From NCBI GenBank assembly GCA_965226495.1, contig OZ245365.1:1184001-1248000 (forward strand): DNA of 64,000 nt, read 5' to 3'. The notes beneath the pieces were generated by a model, which saw only the letters and a program-made list of their open reading frames with translations, was not told the DNA's origin and did no database searches. A program made the translations under genes and the position numbers. How positions within the stretch are numbered: position 1 is the first letter of the stretch; every line of letters starts with the position of its first letter. This stretch comes from Candidatus Marinacidobacterales bacterium (GTDB lineage Bacteria > Acidobacteriota > Vicinamibacteria > Marinacidobacterales > DATDRI01). Below, piece by piece: positions 47,762 through 57,872 of this stretch.

Positions 47762-49306
47762 ATGGCGAAGGCATTGATGGTACTGGGGACGGGATCCCAC
47801 GCGGGCAAATCTTTAATGACCGCGGCGCTGTGTCGGATCTTGGCGCAGGAGGGCTACCGGGTAGCCCCGTTCAAGGCCCAGAACATGGCACTCAATTCGG
47901 CGGCCACGCCAGACGGATTCGAGATCGGACGTGCGCAGGCCATGCAGGCCGATGCCGCAGGCGTGCCGTCTAGTGTGGACATGAATCCGGTTCTCATCAA
48001 ACCGTCCTCCGATACATCGGCGCAGGTGATCGTCCGCGGCCGGGTGTGGGGCCAGTTCTCCGCGGCGGACTATCATCAGGGGCGCGTGGAGACGCTATTT
48101 CCGACGGTGGCCGAGTGCTACCAGCGTCTCTCCAACGACTATGATGTCATCGTGCTCGAGGGCGCGGGCTCTCCCGCCGAGATCAACCTCAAGCAGCACG
48201 ACATCGTGAATCTTCGGATGGCGGAGCTGGCGGACGCCGCGTGTCTACTTGTGGGTGATATCGATCGCGGAGGGGTTTTCGCGGCGCTTGTCGGAACGAT
48301 CGAGCTACTCGACGCGGACGAGCGATCCCGCGTGTGGGGTTTCTTGATCAATAAGTTCCGCGGTGACCGGGAGCTCCTGCAGCCTGGCATCGATTTCATC
48401 GAGAAGCGTATCGGAAAGCCATGCATGGGCGTCGTGCCTTTCCTTGAAGATGTCGGCCTGGAAGAAGAAGACAGTGTTGCGATCGAGGGTCGAAACGGCG
48501 TGCCCTCTGGCTGGCTAGAGGCCGTCGGTTCGGAGCGCCGACTCAAGATCGGCGTCGTCTCCTATCCCTATATGGCCAACTTCACCGACTTCGACGCGCT
48601 CGCCGCCGAGCCGGCAGTCGCTCTGACCTACTTGACCCGACCCGGTGATATCGAACCCGCCGACGTTCTGATCCTGCCCGGGTCCAAACAAACGAGCGGC
48701 GATTTGGCTTGGCTGAGATGCAATGGTTGGGACGCTGCGGTTCGCGCCCACGCGAGCCACGGCGGGATCACGGTTGGGATCTGTGGCGGCATGCAGATGT
48801 TGGGAAAGGAGCTTCGCGATCCGGATGGAATCGAGGGGGGCGGCACCGTGGAGGGGCTTGGGCTTCTGCCGGTCGAAACTTTCCTGGTGCCCGAAAAGAT
48901 CACGGTGAGGTCACATGCCCGGCTCATGAAGCCGGACCTCTTTGGAAAGGCCATGGATGGCTATGAGCTCGAAGGCTACGAGATCCACCTCGGACGGACG
49001 GAGTTCCGCGAGGGGGCCGCTCCTCTCTTCGCACTCCGTCGTGAGGGCCAATCGGAGGAAAGACGCGACGGGGCGGCGAGCCTCGATGGACTGACAATCG
49101 GCACCTACCTCCATGGTCTATTTGATTCTGATCGTTTTCGGCATGCGTTCATAAGCGCGGCCCGCGCCGCCTCGGGGCTCAATTCTCCGTCTGAGGTCGT
49201 CTTTTTCTCCGCTGAGCGAGAATCTCGCTTCGATCGTCTCGCCGCCTGTGTCCGTGACGCGATGGACGTGGAAGCAGTTCTAGGTTGGCTCGAGTTGGGA
49301 CGGTGA
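47762..49306 (+). CDS. cobQ: Cobyric acid synthase
   Basis: PFKAQNM, EGAGSPAEINL, GICGGMQMLG and GTYLHGLF motifs. Confidence 0.96.
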   Translation: MAKALMVLGTGSHAGKSLMTAALCRILAQEGYRVAPFKAQNMALNSAATPDGFEIGRAQAMQADAAGVPSSVDMNPVLIKPSSDTSAQVIVRGRVWGQFSAADYHQGRVETLFPTVAECYQRLSNDYDVIVLEGAGSPAEINLKQHDIVNLRMAELADAACLLVGDIDRGGVFAALVGTIELLDADERSRVWGFLINKFRGDRELLQPGIDFIEKRIGKPCMGVVPFLEDVGLEEEDSVAIEGRNGVPSGWLEAVGSERRLKIGVVSYPYMANFTDFDALAAEPAVALTYLTRPGDIEPADVLILPGSKQTSGDLAWLRCNGWDAAVRAHASHGGITVGICGGMQMLGKELRDPDGIEGGGTVEGLGLLPVETFLVPEKITVRSHARLMKPDLFGKAMDGYELEGYEIHLGRTEFREGAAPLFALRREGQSEERRDGAASLDGLTIGTYLHGLFDSDRFRHAFISAARAASGLNSPSEVVFFSAERESRFDRLAACVRDAMDVEAVLGWLELGR

Positions 49307-49310
49307 GGCA

Positions 49311-50093
49311 ATGAGGAGGGTCGCGGCCGCGGTCTCTTTCCTGACCCGAGTTCCGGTGCCCGGAGCCGGGGAGTTCCATTCGGTCGACGTGGGCCGGGCC
49401 ACACTCTTTTTTCCACTTGTCGGTGCGGCGATCGGTACTGCCGCGGTTGCGGTGTTGAAGTTATTTTCCATCCACGTCGGAGGGGGAAGTCTGCACTTCG
49501 GCGCGCCCTGGTTGCCGGCGCCGCTGGTGGCGCTTCTCGTCGTAGCGTTTTCCGCATGGCTAACGGGTGCCATTCATCTCGATGGACTGGCGGACACCGC
49601 CGACGGACTCGGCGGCGGACGAACCCGCGAGGATCGGTTGCGGATTATGCGAGACCCAAAGGTGGGCTCTTACGGGGTGGTGACCCTCATTCTCTTGCTC
49701 GCTATCAAAGTAACGGCGTCGAGTACCCTGATCGCACGGGGGGCTGCCGTGCCGTTTCTCATCCTTGCACCGACCCTCGGGCGCTGGGCCACCGTGGCGC
49801 TAGGGCGATTTCTTCCCTATGCGCACGAACAGCGTGGCGGGCTGGGGAGGGCGGTGACCGAGCATGTGGGATGGCACGAGCTAATCGGTGCGACCGTCAT
49901 CGCGGCAGTTGTTACTTCTCTTGTCAGCGGCATGGTTGGCGCGTCGAGTTGGATAGCGGTTGTCGTCGTTACGTTGGTGATGGGTCGATGGTTCCGCGGA
50001 CGGATCGGTGGTGTTACCGGCGACACCATGGGGGCGAATACGGAGCTCGCCGAAACGGCGGTGCTGGTCGTTGCGGTGGGGATGACGACTTAA
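49311..50093 (+). CDS. cobS: Cobalamin synthase
   Basis: HLDGLADTADG, IMRDPKVG and GGVTGDTMGA motifs. Confidence 0.95.
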   Translation: MRRVAAAVSFLTRVPVPGAGEFHSVDVGRATLFFPLVGAAIGTAAVAVLKLFSIHVGGGSLHFGAPWLPAPLVALLVVAFSAWLTGAIHLDGLADTADGLGGGRTREDRLRIMRDPKVGSYGVVTLILLLAIKVTASSTLIARGAAVPFLILAPTLGRWATVALGRFLPYAHEQRGGLGRAVTEHVGWHELIGATVIAAVVTSLVSGMVGASSWIAVVVVTLVMGRWFRGRIGGVTGDTMGANTELAETAVLVVAVGMTT

Positions 50094-50145
50094 ATGCGAG
50101 TTGCTGGTGTCGTTGGCTCGTAGAGCCTGGGAAACACCCTCTGGG

Positions 50146-50772
50146 GTGAGCACGCGCTTCTTCTTGGTGCGGCACGGGGAACCCGAGGCCTCCGCGCGCG
50201 GGCGATGTTACGGCAGGCTCGACGTGGGGCTGTCCGCTTCAGGCAGGGAGCAGATCGATTTGGTTGCTCATTGTCTTCGGCAAGCACCGCTCGCCGAAGT
50301 GTACACGAGCCCGCGCCGCCGAGCGCGCGAGAGCGCCGAAATCGTTGCCCGGTTGCACGAGCTTTCACCGTCAGTGGACGAAAGACTTGGAGAGATCGAT
50401 TTCGGTCAACTGGAGGGAATGTCCTATGACGATGCGGCCAAGACGTATCCAGAGCTCTATCGTGCGTGGATGGAGCGACCGACCGAGGTCGAGTTTCCCG
50501 GCGGCGAGAGTTTCGACATTATGGAGAGGCGGGTCCTTTCCGCAGCCGCGGATCTGCGGTTACGCCACCGAGGGCAAGTGGTGGCCATCGTGACTCATGG
50601 TGGGGTGAATCGCGTTCTACTCCGTGAAGCGCTGGGGATGCCGAAGACGAGTATCTTCCGCCTAGACCAGTCCTACGCTGCGATAAGTCTGGTCGACTAC
50701 TATGAGGACGCGCCGGTCGTTCGATTCGTCAATGTCGAGCTCGATAAGTTCGACCGCCGACCGGAATGCTGA
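50146..50772 (+). CDS. cobC: Alpha-ribazole phosphatase (histidine phosphatase)
   Basis: LVRHGE, EIDFGQLEG and VTHGGV motifs; lies between cobS and cobU. Confidence 0.85.
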   Translation: MSTRFFLVRHGEPEASARGRCYGRLDVGLSASGREQIDLVAHCLRQAPLAEVYTSPRRRARESAEIVARLHELSPSVDERLGEIDFGQLEGMSYDDAAKTYPELYRAWMERPTEVEFPGGESFDIMERRVLSAAADLRLRHRGQVVAIVTHGGVNRVLLREALGMPKTSIFRLDQSYAAISLVDYYEDAPVVRFVNVELDKFDRRPEC

Positions 50773-51323
50773 CGCTTGTTCTAGGGGGTGCGAGGAGCGG
50801 CAAGAGCCGTTATGCCCAGTCGCTCTGTGCCGATTCCCAGAGCGTCGTCTTCCTCGCCACCGCGTGCGAGCAAGACGATCCCGAGATGCGCGCTCGCATT
50901 GACCGGCACCGTGCCGAACGGTCTGGACGATTTGATCGGTGGAAAACGATTGAAGAGCCGCAGGCGGTCGTCCGGGTGGTTCGCGAGTCGGAGCCATTGG
51001 CCACGGTACTTCTGGACTGCGTGACCACGTGGGTTGCGAATCTCGCGTGGGAGCACCGATCGCTTTCGGCAACGGAGCTCCAAAACCTCGTGATTGAAGA
51101 GGTGGCGTCATTGGCGGAGGTGGCCAAGGGGCGCGAGGTCGTTGCGGTCAGTAATGAAGTGGGAAGCGGGATCGTGCCGGAGCATCCTTCCGGACGTCAC
51201 TTCCGGGACTTACAGGGCGCCGCCAACCAGCATCTTGCCCGTGAGGCGGCGTACGTCGTCCTGATGGTGTCCGGTCTACCCCTTGTTCTCAAGGACGAGC
51301 GCACGGGTTCCTTCCTGCGCTAG
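50766..51323 (+). CDS. cobU: Adenosylcobinamide kinase/guanylyltransferase
   Basis: GGARSGKS, EMRARIDRHR and VSNEVGSGIVP motifs. Confidence 0.96.
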   Translation: MLTLVLGGARSGKSRYAQSLCADSQSVVFLATACEQDDPEMRARIDRHRAERSGRFDRWKTIEEPQAVVRVVRESEPLATVLLDCVTTWVANLAWEHRSLSATELQNLVIEEVASLAEVAKGREVVAVSNEVGSGIVPEHPSGRHFRDLQGAANQHLAREAAYVVLMVSGLPLVLKDERTGSFLR

Positions 51324-51420
51324 AATAGGGCTTCCGCCAAAGTGGTTCTGCTGCCAGTCGCGTCGATTCGGCGACTGGATACCATTCCGTGGGAAAGGTG
51401 AGTTCGAGCGGGATAAATCT

Positions 51421-52626
51421 ATGAAAGGGAACGTCAAGCGCCCAGTCACGTCGCTTCTGCTATTGGCGATGTTCTCGAGTCCTGTTCTCGCGCAGAGCTT
51501 CCGGACGGAGGAGTATCAGGCGGCCAGTGAGCAGGGCGTCGACCACCTCTTTCAGCTGGAGCACGATAAGGCCATTCAGTTCTTCTCTGACATAGCCAAG
51601 GAGCGGCCCGATCATCCCGGTCCGCGGCTGGCGGGCGCTGTCGCCGTCTGGCTCCGTGAGCTCTTCGCGCGCCAAGAGCTCGACTTGGACGAGTTCATCT
51701 CTCCCGGATATTTCACGCGCCCCTCAGAGAGAAAAATGCCGGAGGCCGATCGCCAAGCCTTCTTGGACGGCATCGCCAAGAGCCAGGAATTAGCAGCGAA
51801 ATATCTAGCCGAGCATCCCGGAGATCAAGACTCCCGTTACTACCTGGGCGCTTGTGAAGGTGCCCTAGGAGGTTTCGCCCTTACGATTGAGCGCAGCTAC
51901 TTGAGCGCGCTGCGTCACGGCAAGAAGGCGTATCAGATTCAGCGTGAACTGGTGAACGAGGATCCAGAGTTCTGGGATTCTTACATGACGGTCGGCACCT
52001 ATGAGTACGTTTTGGGAAACATTCCGTGGTATCTGAAATGGATCACGACCATCGCCGGATATCAAGGTAGCGCCGAGCGTGGTTTCGAGTATTTGATCAT
52101 GGCTGCCGACAAAGGGATGTTCGTTCACAACGAGGCGCGCGTATTGCTCACCGTCCTCTACGTGAGGGAAAAATCCTACGCCTATGCACTCGAAGTGGTC
52201 GGGCACCTTCGAAAGAAGTATCCGGAGAACTTCTTGCTCCACTTGAACGAGGCGCAACTTCTGGAACGGATGAACGAAAGAGAGCGCGCGATACAAACTT
52301 ACCTCGATGTCGTGCGGCTCGCAGAAGAAGGCAGGAAGAACTATCAGAAGGTGCCGCTGGGAACGTTTCGCTATACCGTGGGAAGCAGGCTGGCCGAGCT
52401 CGGCGCCAAGGAACGGGCGCTCCAGCTCTTCATCGGTGCCACTCGAGACGCCGCGACGCCGGAGCGCGAAAGAGCCTTGTCCCACCTCAGGGCGGGCGAG
52501 CTCCTAGATCTCTTGGGCAAACGCGATGAAGCGATCACGCAGTATGAGGAAGTTCAAGAACTTCCCCAGTACGAGGACTCACACCAGGCTGCGACGAGGC
52601 ACTTGAGAAGCCCTTACGAGCCATAA
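51421..52626 (+). CDS. Secreted TPR-like helical repeat protein
   Basis: Signal peptide followed by TPR-like helices. Confidence 0.75.
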   Translation: MKGNVKRPVTSLLLLAMFSSPVLAQSFRTEEYQAASEQGVDHLFQLEHDKAIQFFSDIAKERPDHPGPRLAGAVAVWLRELFARQELDLDEFISPGYFTRPSERKMPEADRQAFLDGIAKSQELAAKYLAEHPGDQDSRYYLGACEGALGGFALTIERSYLSALRHGKKAYQIQRELVNEDPEFWDSYMTVGTYEYVLGNIPWYLKWITTIAGYQGSAERGFEYLIMAADKGMFVHNEARVLLTVLYVREKSYAYALEVVGHLRKKYPENFLLHLNEAQLLERMNERERAIQTYLDVVRLAEEGRKNYQKVPLGTFRYTVGSRLAELGAKERALQLFIGATRDAATPERERALSHLRAGELLDLLGKRDEAITQYEEVQELPQYEDSHQAATRHLRSPYEP

Positions 52627-52642
52627 TCGAGGAAGCGTCTCG

Positions 52643-53053
52643 CTACAGTAGCAGCGGTATCCCACTTCTCTTGGCCGCTTTCGTAAGGCTGCGATCGAGT
52701 GTCGCCAGCGGCAGACCTTGTCTTTGCGCCAGCTCGAGATAGCACGCGTCGTAAGCACTCACGCCGTGTTCGCGAGCGACGGGCCCGAGTCGTTTCAGAA
52801 TGGCTCGACCGTCGGATTCGATGACGATGGGTAGCGCTAGGATGAGCTCGACTGCCCTTTGGGAGTCGGCGAGGCTGATCCGCCCTCTCCGCTCGGCCAC
52901 GGCCAGCACATTTGCCATCTCTACGGGCCACAACGTTGGTACTAAAGCTTCGTCCGATCTCAATCTCTTGAAGATATTCGTTGCTCGAGCGCTCGTTTTG
53001 TCCTCAAGAAACCAGGCAGCGGACACCGAGCAGTCCAGCACGAAACGGTTCAA
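52643..53053 (-). CDS. vapC: VapC-family PIN toxin
   Basis: FVLDCS, EMANVL, SAYDACYLELA and LATLD motifs. Confidence 0.92.
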   Translation of the reverse strand: MNRFVLDCSVSAAWFLEDKTSARATNIFKRLRSDEALVPTLWPVEMANVLAVAERRGRISLADSQRAVELILALPIVIESDGRAILKRLGPVAREHGVSAYDACYLELAQRQGLPLATLDRSLTKAAKRSGIPLLL

Positions 53054-53295
53054 AACCGCCGTCCTTCTTCGCGCAGCTTGCGCAGGCTCTCCCGACCTTT
53101 CTTGGTGCGGCGCCGGAGTTCTTCCACTTCTTGGATGATGTCTTCCACTCGCTCTCTGTGGGTTTCTTGAACGGGGACGAGCACGGCGACCGGAACACCG
53201 TGTTTCGTGATGGTCACTCGTTCTCCCTGACGCACCAGCTCTAGCAGTTGAGAAAGCTTCGTTTTCGCTTCAAAAGCGCCGATCTCAAGGGCCAT
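53050..53295 (-). CDS. Phd/YefM-family antitoxin
   Basis: IGAFEAKTKLSQLLELV..ITKHGVPVAVL; overlaps vapC by 4 bp. Confidence 0.92.
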   Translation of the reverse strand: MALEIGAFEAKTKLSQLLELVRQGERVTITKHGVPVAVLVPVQETHRERVEDIIQEVEELRRRTKKGRESLRKLREEGRRF

Positions 53296-53308
53296 GGCAA
53301 GTCTCTCA

Positions 53309-53329
53309 AACCAGTCTAAACAACTAGTT
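53309..53329. promoter_or_regulatory. Putative toxin-antitoxin operator palindrome
   Basis: AACCAGT-7 bp-ACTAGTT immediately upstream of the antitoxin start. Confidence 0.45.
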
Positions 53330-53581
53330 GATTTTAGCAACGTCCAAGGTCGCACGCAACCCCTCGTTCTTGGGAAGAGACGAATTTCCCGCCCCGAATC
53401 CTCCCTCCCAACCAGGTGCCACCCACTTGGTGAACCTTCGGTCGTGGAGGATCTCGGTGGCCGAGGGCCGGAGAGAGCAGATCCTCATTGCGGCTATTCT
53501 ATGTGATTTCAATTTGACAATTGCGCACGCGTCGCCCTAGGATGCCGGCACTCGTTCTTCAATAAACAAAAGGAGGACCTC

Positions 53582-54373
53582 ATGAAAGGCTTTAAGTTCC
53601 TGGCTTTAGCAGTTGTGTGTCTAGTTGTCACCGCACCCTCTGCGTCATCGCAGCCTCTCAAGTATCTCGAAGTCGTCACGATTAGCGTCAGACCCGGGGC
53701 GGTGCCGCAATTCGAGGACTACGTCAAGAAGATCGTCGAGGCGGCCAACAAGGTTGGGGTAGCGGACACTTGGACTACCTATCAAGTCGAGCTCGGTCTC
53801 CATGGGAATACCTACAGCGTCACGCTCCAATTCGACAAGTGGGCGGAGAGGGACGCTTGGACTCCCTATCCCGAGTACCTTGCAGAGGCATTCGGTGATT
53901 CGGAAGCGGCGAAGATCATGAGAGCCGGAGAAGCTACGATCCAGAGTCTGGACACGATCGTGTTGCAAACCCTCCCCGAGCTTAGCGTCAACCTCGACCG
54001 TGCAGCCGATAAGGCCTTTTACTCGGTTCGGCGAGACCATGTGAAGCCATCAGGGGTAGAGGATTTTCGATTCTTCATCTCGAAATTAAAGGAGGCTGAA
54101 GAACAGGTGGGCGACGGTCTGACTCGGATTCGGCGGAGCACGGCCGTAGGGCCGGTTTGGACGTATTCGACCGCCATAGGGTTCGACAAGTGGTCGGAAC
54201 GTGATTCAACCGGTCCCACTTTCATGGAGATGATGAACAAGACTCACGGTGAGGCCGAGACTGCGAAGCTTCTAGACACAGTGAGGTCCAGCGTCACGGG
54301 CAGTGATATTTTCATCCTAAGGACGCGCCCCGATCTCAGCCGAACGAAGAGCGCTGGGTCGACGACCGACTAG
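53582..54373 (+). CDS. Secreted protein with two NIPSNAP-like alpha/beta domains
   Basis: AGGAGG RBS, signal peptide, internal repeat (VRPG..FDKWAERD / VKPS..FDKWSERD). Confidence 0.75.
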   Translation: MKGFKFLALAVVCLVVTAPSASSQPLKYLEVVTISVRPGAVPQFEDYVKKIVEAANKVGVADTWTTYQVELGLHGNTYSVTLQFDKWAERDAWTPYPEYLAEAFGDSEAAKIMRAGEATIQSLDTIVLQTLPELSVNLDRAADKAFYSVRRDHVKPSGVEDFRFFISKLKEAEEQVGDGLTRIRRSTAVGPVWTYSTAIGFDKWSERDSTGPTFMEMMNKTHGEAETAKLLDTVRSSVTGSDIFILRTRPDLSRTKSAGSTTD

Positions 54374-54383
54374 AAGTTCGGGG

Positions 54384-54408
54384 GAGGGAGGAGCCGGTCT
54401 CCTCCCTC
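54384..54408. terminator. Hairpin between convergent genes
   Basis: GAGGGAGGAG-ccggt-CTCCTCCCTC perfect 10-bp stem; no U-tract. Confidence 0.55.
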
Positions 54409-55835
54409 TACCGCCTAATTGCGCAGCCCGGAGTGACTCCATCCACGAGCTCGGAATCGCGGACCACGAACACTCCCCCCACCAACACGTGCACGAACCC
54501 CTCGGAGTACTGAGCGGGTTCTTCGAACGTCGCTCGATCGATGACGCTTTCGGGGTCGAAGATGGCTAAGTCCGCGTCGGCTCCCACGCGGATCCGCCCC
54601 TTGTTCTTGAACACGGGCACCGAATCTTCCAGGCGCCGCGCCGGCATGAGGCTCATCTTCCGCAGAGCCTCCATAAGCGTCAATATTTTTCTAGTCCTAA
54701 CGTAGCGCCCGAGTATTCGCGCAAACGTGCCGGCACCCCGCGGGTGAGCCCGGCCGTTGACGAAGGGCACACCGTCGCTGGCGATCATGACCAAAGGATG
54801 ACCCACCGCCAAGTCGACCATCTCCTCGGGAATGATATGGCCGATGATCATTCCGCCCCTCTCCCGATAGAGCGCAAAACTCTCCTCGTCCAGCCGTTCG
54901 CCGGTTGCGACCCACTCGATGTCTCCATAATCGGCTTCGACTCTCTTCCGCCAACCGTCATTGAAGATGGCCGATTCGATGGCCGTCGAAACCGCGGTAT
55001 AAGGGTAAACCTCAGTGGTGACATCGACGCCGCGACCTCGAGCTCCCTCGATCATATCGAGCGCGGTCGGCACTTGGCGAAGACCACTGCTCCCAATATG
55101 AACGATATGAACCGAAGCGCCCAGTGAGGCAGCGTTCGCGATCATCTCTTGGACGGCTTCGACACTGCTTCCCGGCTCGACGGCGCCGGCGTGCCGGATG
55201 TGAACGAAGTTGGTCACCCCATGGTTTTGAGCCACCTGGAACATGCGAATGATCTCTCCTCGACTTGCCGCCGGGGTGTACTGGATTCCGTAGCCCACAC
55301 CGAGAGCGCCTTCGTCCAGGCCCCTTTGGATAAGCCTTCCGATCTCGCCGATCTCGTCCGAGGTTGCGGTTCGGTACGAGACGTCCTGACCTTTTTCAGA
55401 GCGGCCAGGTAAGACGTTCGCTCGCGCCTCGCTGTGACTGACGGTCGCGCCGTAATGTAGCAAGGCCTGGCCTGCCCGCGTCTGGTACCATTCCAACACC
55501 GGAAAGGCTCCACCTTCCATCTCTAGAGCGGTAGTGACGCCATCCATTGCTTGGAACCGGTTGCTTTCGATATTTTGCCCGTGGGCGTGCAGGTCGATGA
55601 AGCCGGGCGCCACCACCAATCCCCGAACGTCTACGAACTCTTCGCCTTCGAGTGGTTGAGCGGAAATTGCAGAGATCTTTCCATCACGAAGACCCACGTA
55701 ACGAATCGCGTCGAGCCCTGATTCGGGATCCATCACCCGGCCTCCTGCCAGCACGAGATCGAGTGCGGGGGGTTCCTGAATGGCTTCGGAGACGAAAGCG
55801 AAGGCGAGGAACAGGAGGAAGCAGTATTTCGACAT
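54408..55835 (-). CDS. Secreted amidohydrolase (D-aminoacylase-like), paralog of 10074-11552
   Basis: APGFIDLHAHGQ and HPRGAGTF motifs. Confidence 0.9.
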   Translation of the reverse strand: MSKYCFLLFLAFAFVSEAIQEPPALDLVLAGGRVMDPESGLDAIRYVGLRDGKISAISAQPLEGEEFVDVRGLVVAPGFIDLHAHGQNIESNRFQAMDGVTTALEMEGGAFPVLEWYQTRAGQALLHYGATVSHSEARANVLPGRSEKGQDVSYRTATSDEIGEIGRLIQRGLDEGALGVGYGIQYTPAASRGEIIRMFQVAQNHGVTNFVHIRHAGAVEPGSSVEAVQEMIANAASLGASVHIVHIGSSGLRQVPTALDMIEGARGRGVDVTTEVYPYTAVSTAIESAIFNDGWRKRVEADYGDIEWVATGERLDEESFALYRERGGMIIGHIIPEEMVDLAVGHPLVMIASDGVPFVNGRAHPRGAGTFARILGRYVRTRKILTLMEALRKMSLMPARRLEDSVPVFKNKGRIRVGADADLAIFDPESVIDRATFEEPAQYSEGFVHVLVGGVFVVRDSELVDGVTPGCAIRR

Positions 55836-55840
55836 CACGG

Positions 55841-56944
55841 TTATCCCCAAAAACTCGTCGCGGTATCGACGAGGAGTTTTAGTTTCGATTTCTGGTCTTC
55901 CACCGAGATGCGGTTCCCCACGACAGACGTGGAGAATCCGCATTGAGGTGAGATGGCGAGGCGCCCAGCGGGCACGAATTTGCTGGCCTCGCGAATGCGG
56001 GCTTCGAGATCTTCCTGTTTTTCCAGTGCCGGAAGCTTGGTATTGACGAGACCGAGCACCACCGTCTTGTCGTCGGGTACGTGCCTCAAAGCTGCGAAGG
56101 AACCGGAGCGCTCATCGTCATACTCGAGAAGAAGCCGCTGTGCTTGGATAGAGCCGAAAAGTTGCTTCGCAATGGGCTCATAGTCACCTTCCGACAGCCA
56201 CCGGCTGTTCTGGTTGCCTCTTCAGAGGTGAAACCCGAACGTGACGTCGGCAAAATCCCCTATCACCGCGTTCTCGAGCTCGACGCCTCGAGCGATCCAG
56301 TACTCTAGACCCCCGCCACGCTCCTCATAGAAAGGCCGGGTTCTCGGGTCGAGGAGCTGCGTGTAGTGCGGGGCGTCGAGCTGAATGTAAGTAGCTCCCA
56401 GCCGAACGAGCTCGGCCACCTCTTCCTGCAAGATCTCGACGACATCTCCCAAGAACGCATCGACGTTCGAGTAAACCTTGGCAGAGTGCTCGGACCAAAA
56501 GTTGGTAAAGAGCGTCGGGCTGGGAAGGGTAACCTTCGGGATGCGCGTAGTCCGGCTGCGGAGGTAAGTGAATTCGTCCGCGGAAAGATGGCGGTGGCGT
56601 TTGAGCTTCGACACGACACCGATAGAAGGCGGGCGCTCGACGGACCAATCACCGAGCTTCTGGCTGTGCCATTTACCCCAGAGGAAGACGTCGATATCGT
56701 GCGCGGCGAAACCCTCGACCGCGTCGGTCATCTGGCTTTGAAAGGAAAGTCTTCGCATCTCGCCGTCGGTGACGACGTCCAGTCCTGCCTCTTCTTGCAG
56801 GTCGATTGCGGCGTCCACCGCGTGGTCTTCTATATCTTTGAAGCTCGACGGGCCGATGCGGCCCGCGGCGAGATCCTCACGAGCGCGAAGAAGCTCTGGT
56901 GGGCGAAGGAGACTTCCGATGACGTCGGTGTGTGAAGTGATCAT
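55841..56944 (-). CDS. Cobalamin-independent methionine synthase II family protein with in-frame TGA (probable Sec) at 56222-56224, 367 aa
   Basis: GSLLRP, TDGEMRR, YIQLDAP, FHL-TGA-RGN, LLEYDDERSG and ISPQCGF all in one frame; the ORF track splits it in two. Confidence 0.88.
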
Positions 56945-56963
56945 GCGCCCGCCGGCTGCGGCT

Positions 56964-57713
56964 TCACTTTTTCTGTTTCAATTGACCGGCCACCGCCTCG
57001 GTGGCCCGCTTCACGGCTTCCGGGTCTCCGAGGTAGAAACTTCGGATCGCCGTCAAATCATCTTCTAGCTCGTAAACGAGAGGGATGCCAGTGGGGATGT
57101 TGAGCCCGGCGATTTCCTCATCCGAGACATGGTCTAGATACTTCACCAGCGCGCGAAGGCTGTTGCCGTGCGCGGAAATAATGACTCGCTGACCGGCTCG
57201 CACGCTCGGAGCGATCGTATCGTGCCAGTAGGGGAGAAATCGCTCGACCGTGTCCTTGAGGCACTCCGTCAAGGGAAGCTCATCAGCCGAGAGATCGGCG
57301 TACCGAGGATCTTTGCCCGGGAAGCGCTCGTCGTCAGGAGTTAGCGCCGGCGGCGGCACGTCGTAGCTGCGGCGCCACACATTGGTCTGTTCGATCCCGT
57401 GCTTTTCTGCAGTCTCCGTCTTGTTGAGACCCTGAAGCGCGCCATAGTGACGCTCGTTGAGCCGCCAGCTGCGGTGCACCGGGATCCACATGAGGTCCAT
57501 CTCTTCCAGGGCAAGCCACAACGTTTTGATGGCTCGCTTCTGCAGAGATGTAAAGGCGACATCGAAAACGTAGCCTTCGTTCCGCAAGAGCCGTCCGGCT
57601 TCGATCGCCTCCTGAGTGCCCTTCTCCGTCAATCCGACATCCGTCCAGCCGGTGAAGCGGTTTTCCAAGTTCCATGTGCTTTGACCGTGTCGAATGAGGA
57701 CGAGCTCTTTCAT
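56964..57713 (-). CDS. gpmA: 2,3-BPG-dependent phosphoglycerate mutase
   Basis: [19 protein letters not shown] and AHGNSLR motifs. Confidence 0.98.
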   Translation of the reverse strand: MKELVLIRHGQSTWNLENRFTGWTDVGLTEKGTQEAIEAGRLLRNEGYVFDVAFTSLQKRAIKTLWLALEEMDLMWIPVHRSWRLNERHYGALQGLNKTETAEKHGIEQTNVWRRSYDVPPPALTPDDERFPGKDPRYADLSADELPLTECLKDTVERFLPYWHDTIAPSVRAGQRVIISAHGNSLRALVKYLDHVSDEEIAGLNIPTGIPLVYELEDDLTAIRSFYLGDPEAVKRATEAVAGQLKQKK

Positions 57714-57758
57714 AGATGCCTAACTTACAATACTCCCGGCGAGGGTGAAAAGGCGACT

Positions 57759-57860
57759 TTTCATAGAGACTACATCGTGATACTACAGGACGGCGCGCGC
57801 CTGAGTTTGAGCCGCAGTTACCGGGAGAAGCTCCAGGCGCTCCTCGGTCAAACTTTCTAA
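57759..57860 (+). pseudogene. C-terminal remnant of a LytTR-domain regulator
   Basis: FHRDYIVILQDGARLSLSRSYREKLQALLG* with no N-terminal part or start codon. Confidence 0.6.
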
Positions 57861-57872
57861 GGAGTAGACGCA

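Noticed and set aside
22667-56224. Genome-wide UGA reassignment to Trp or Gly
   Set aside because: Many intact genes here end in TGA, and the in-frame TGAs align only with Cys positions.
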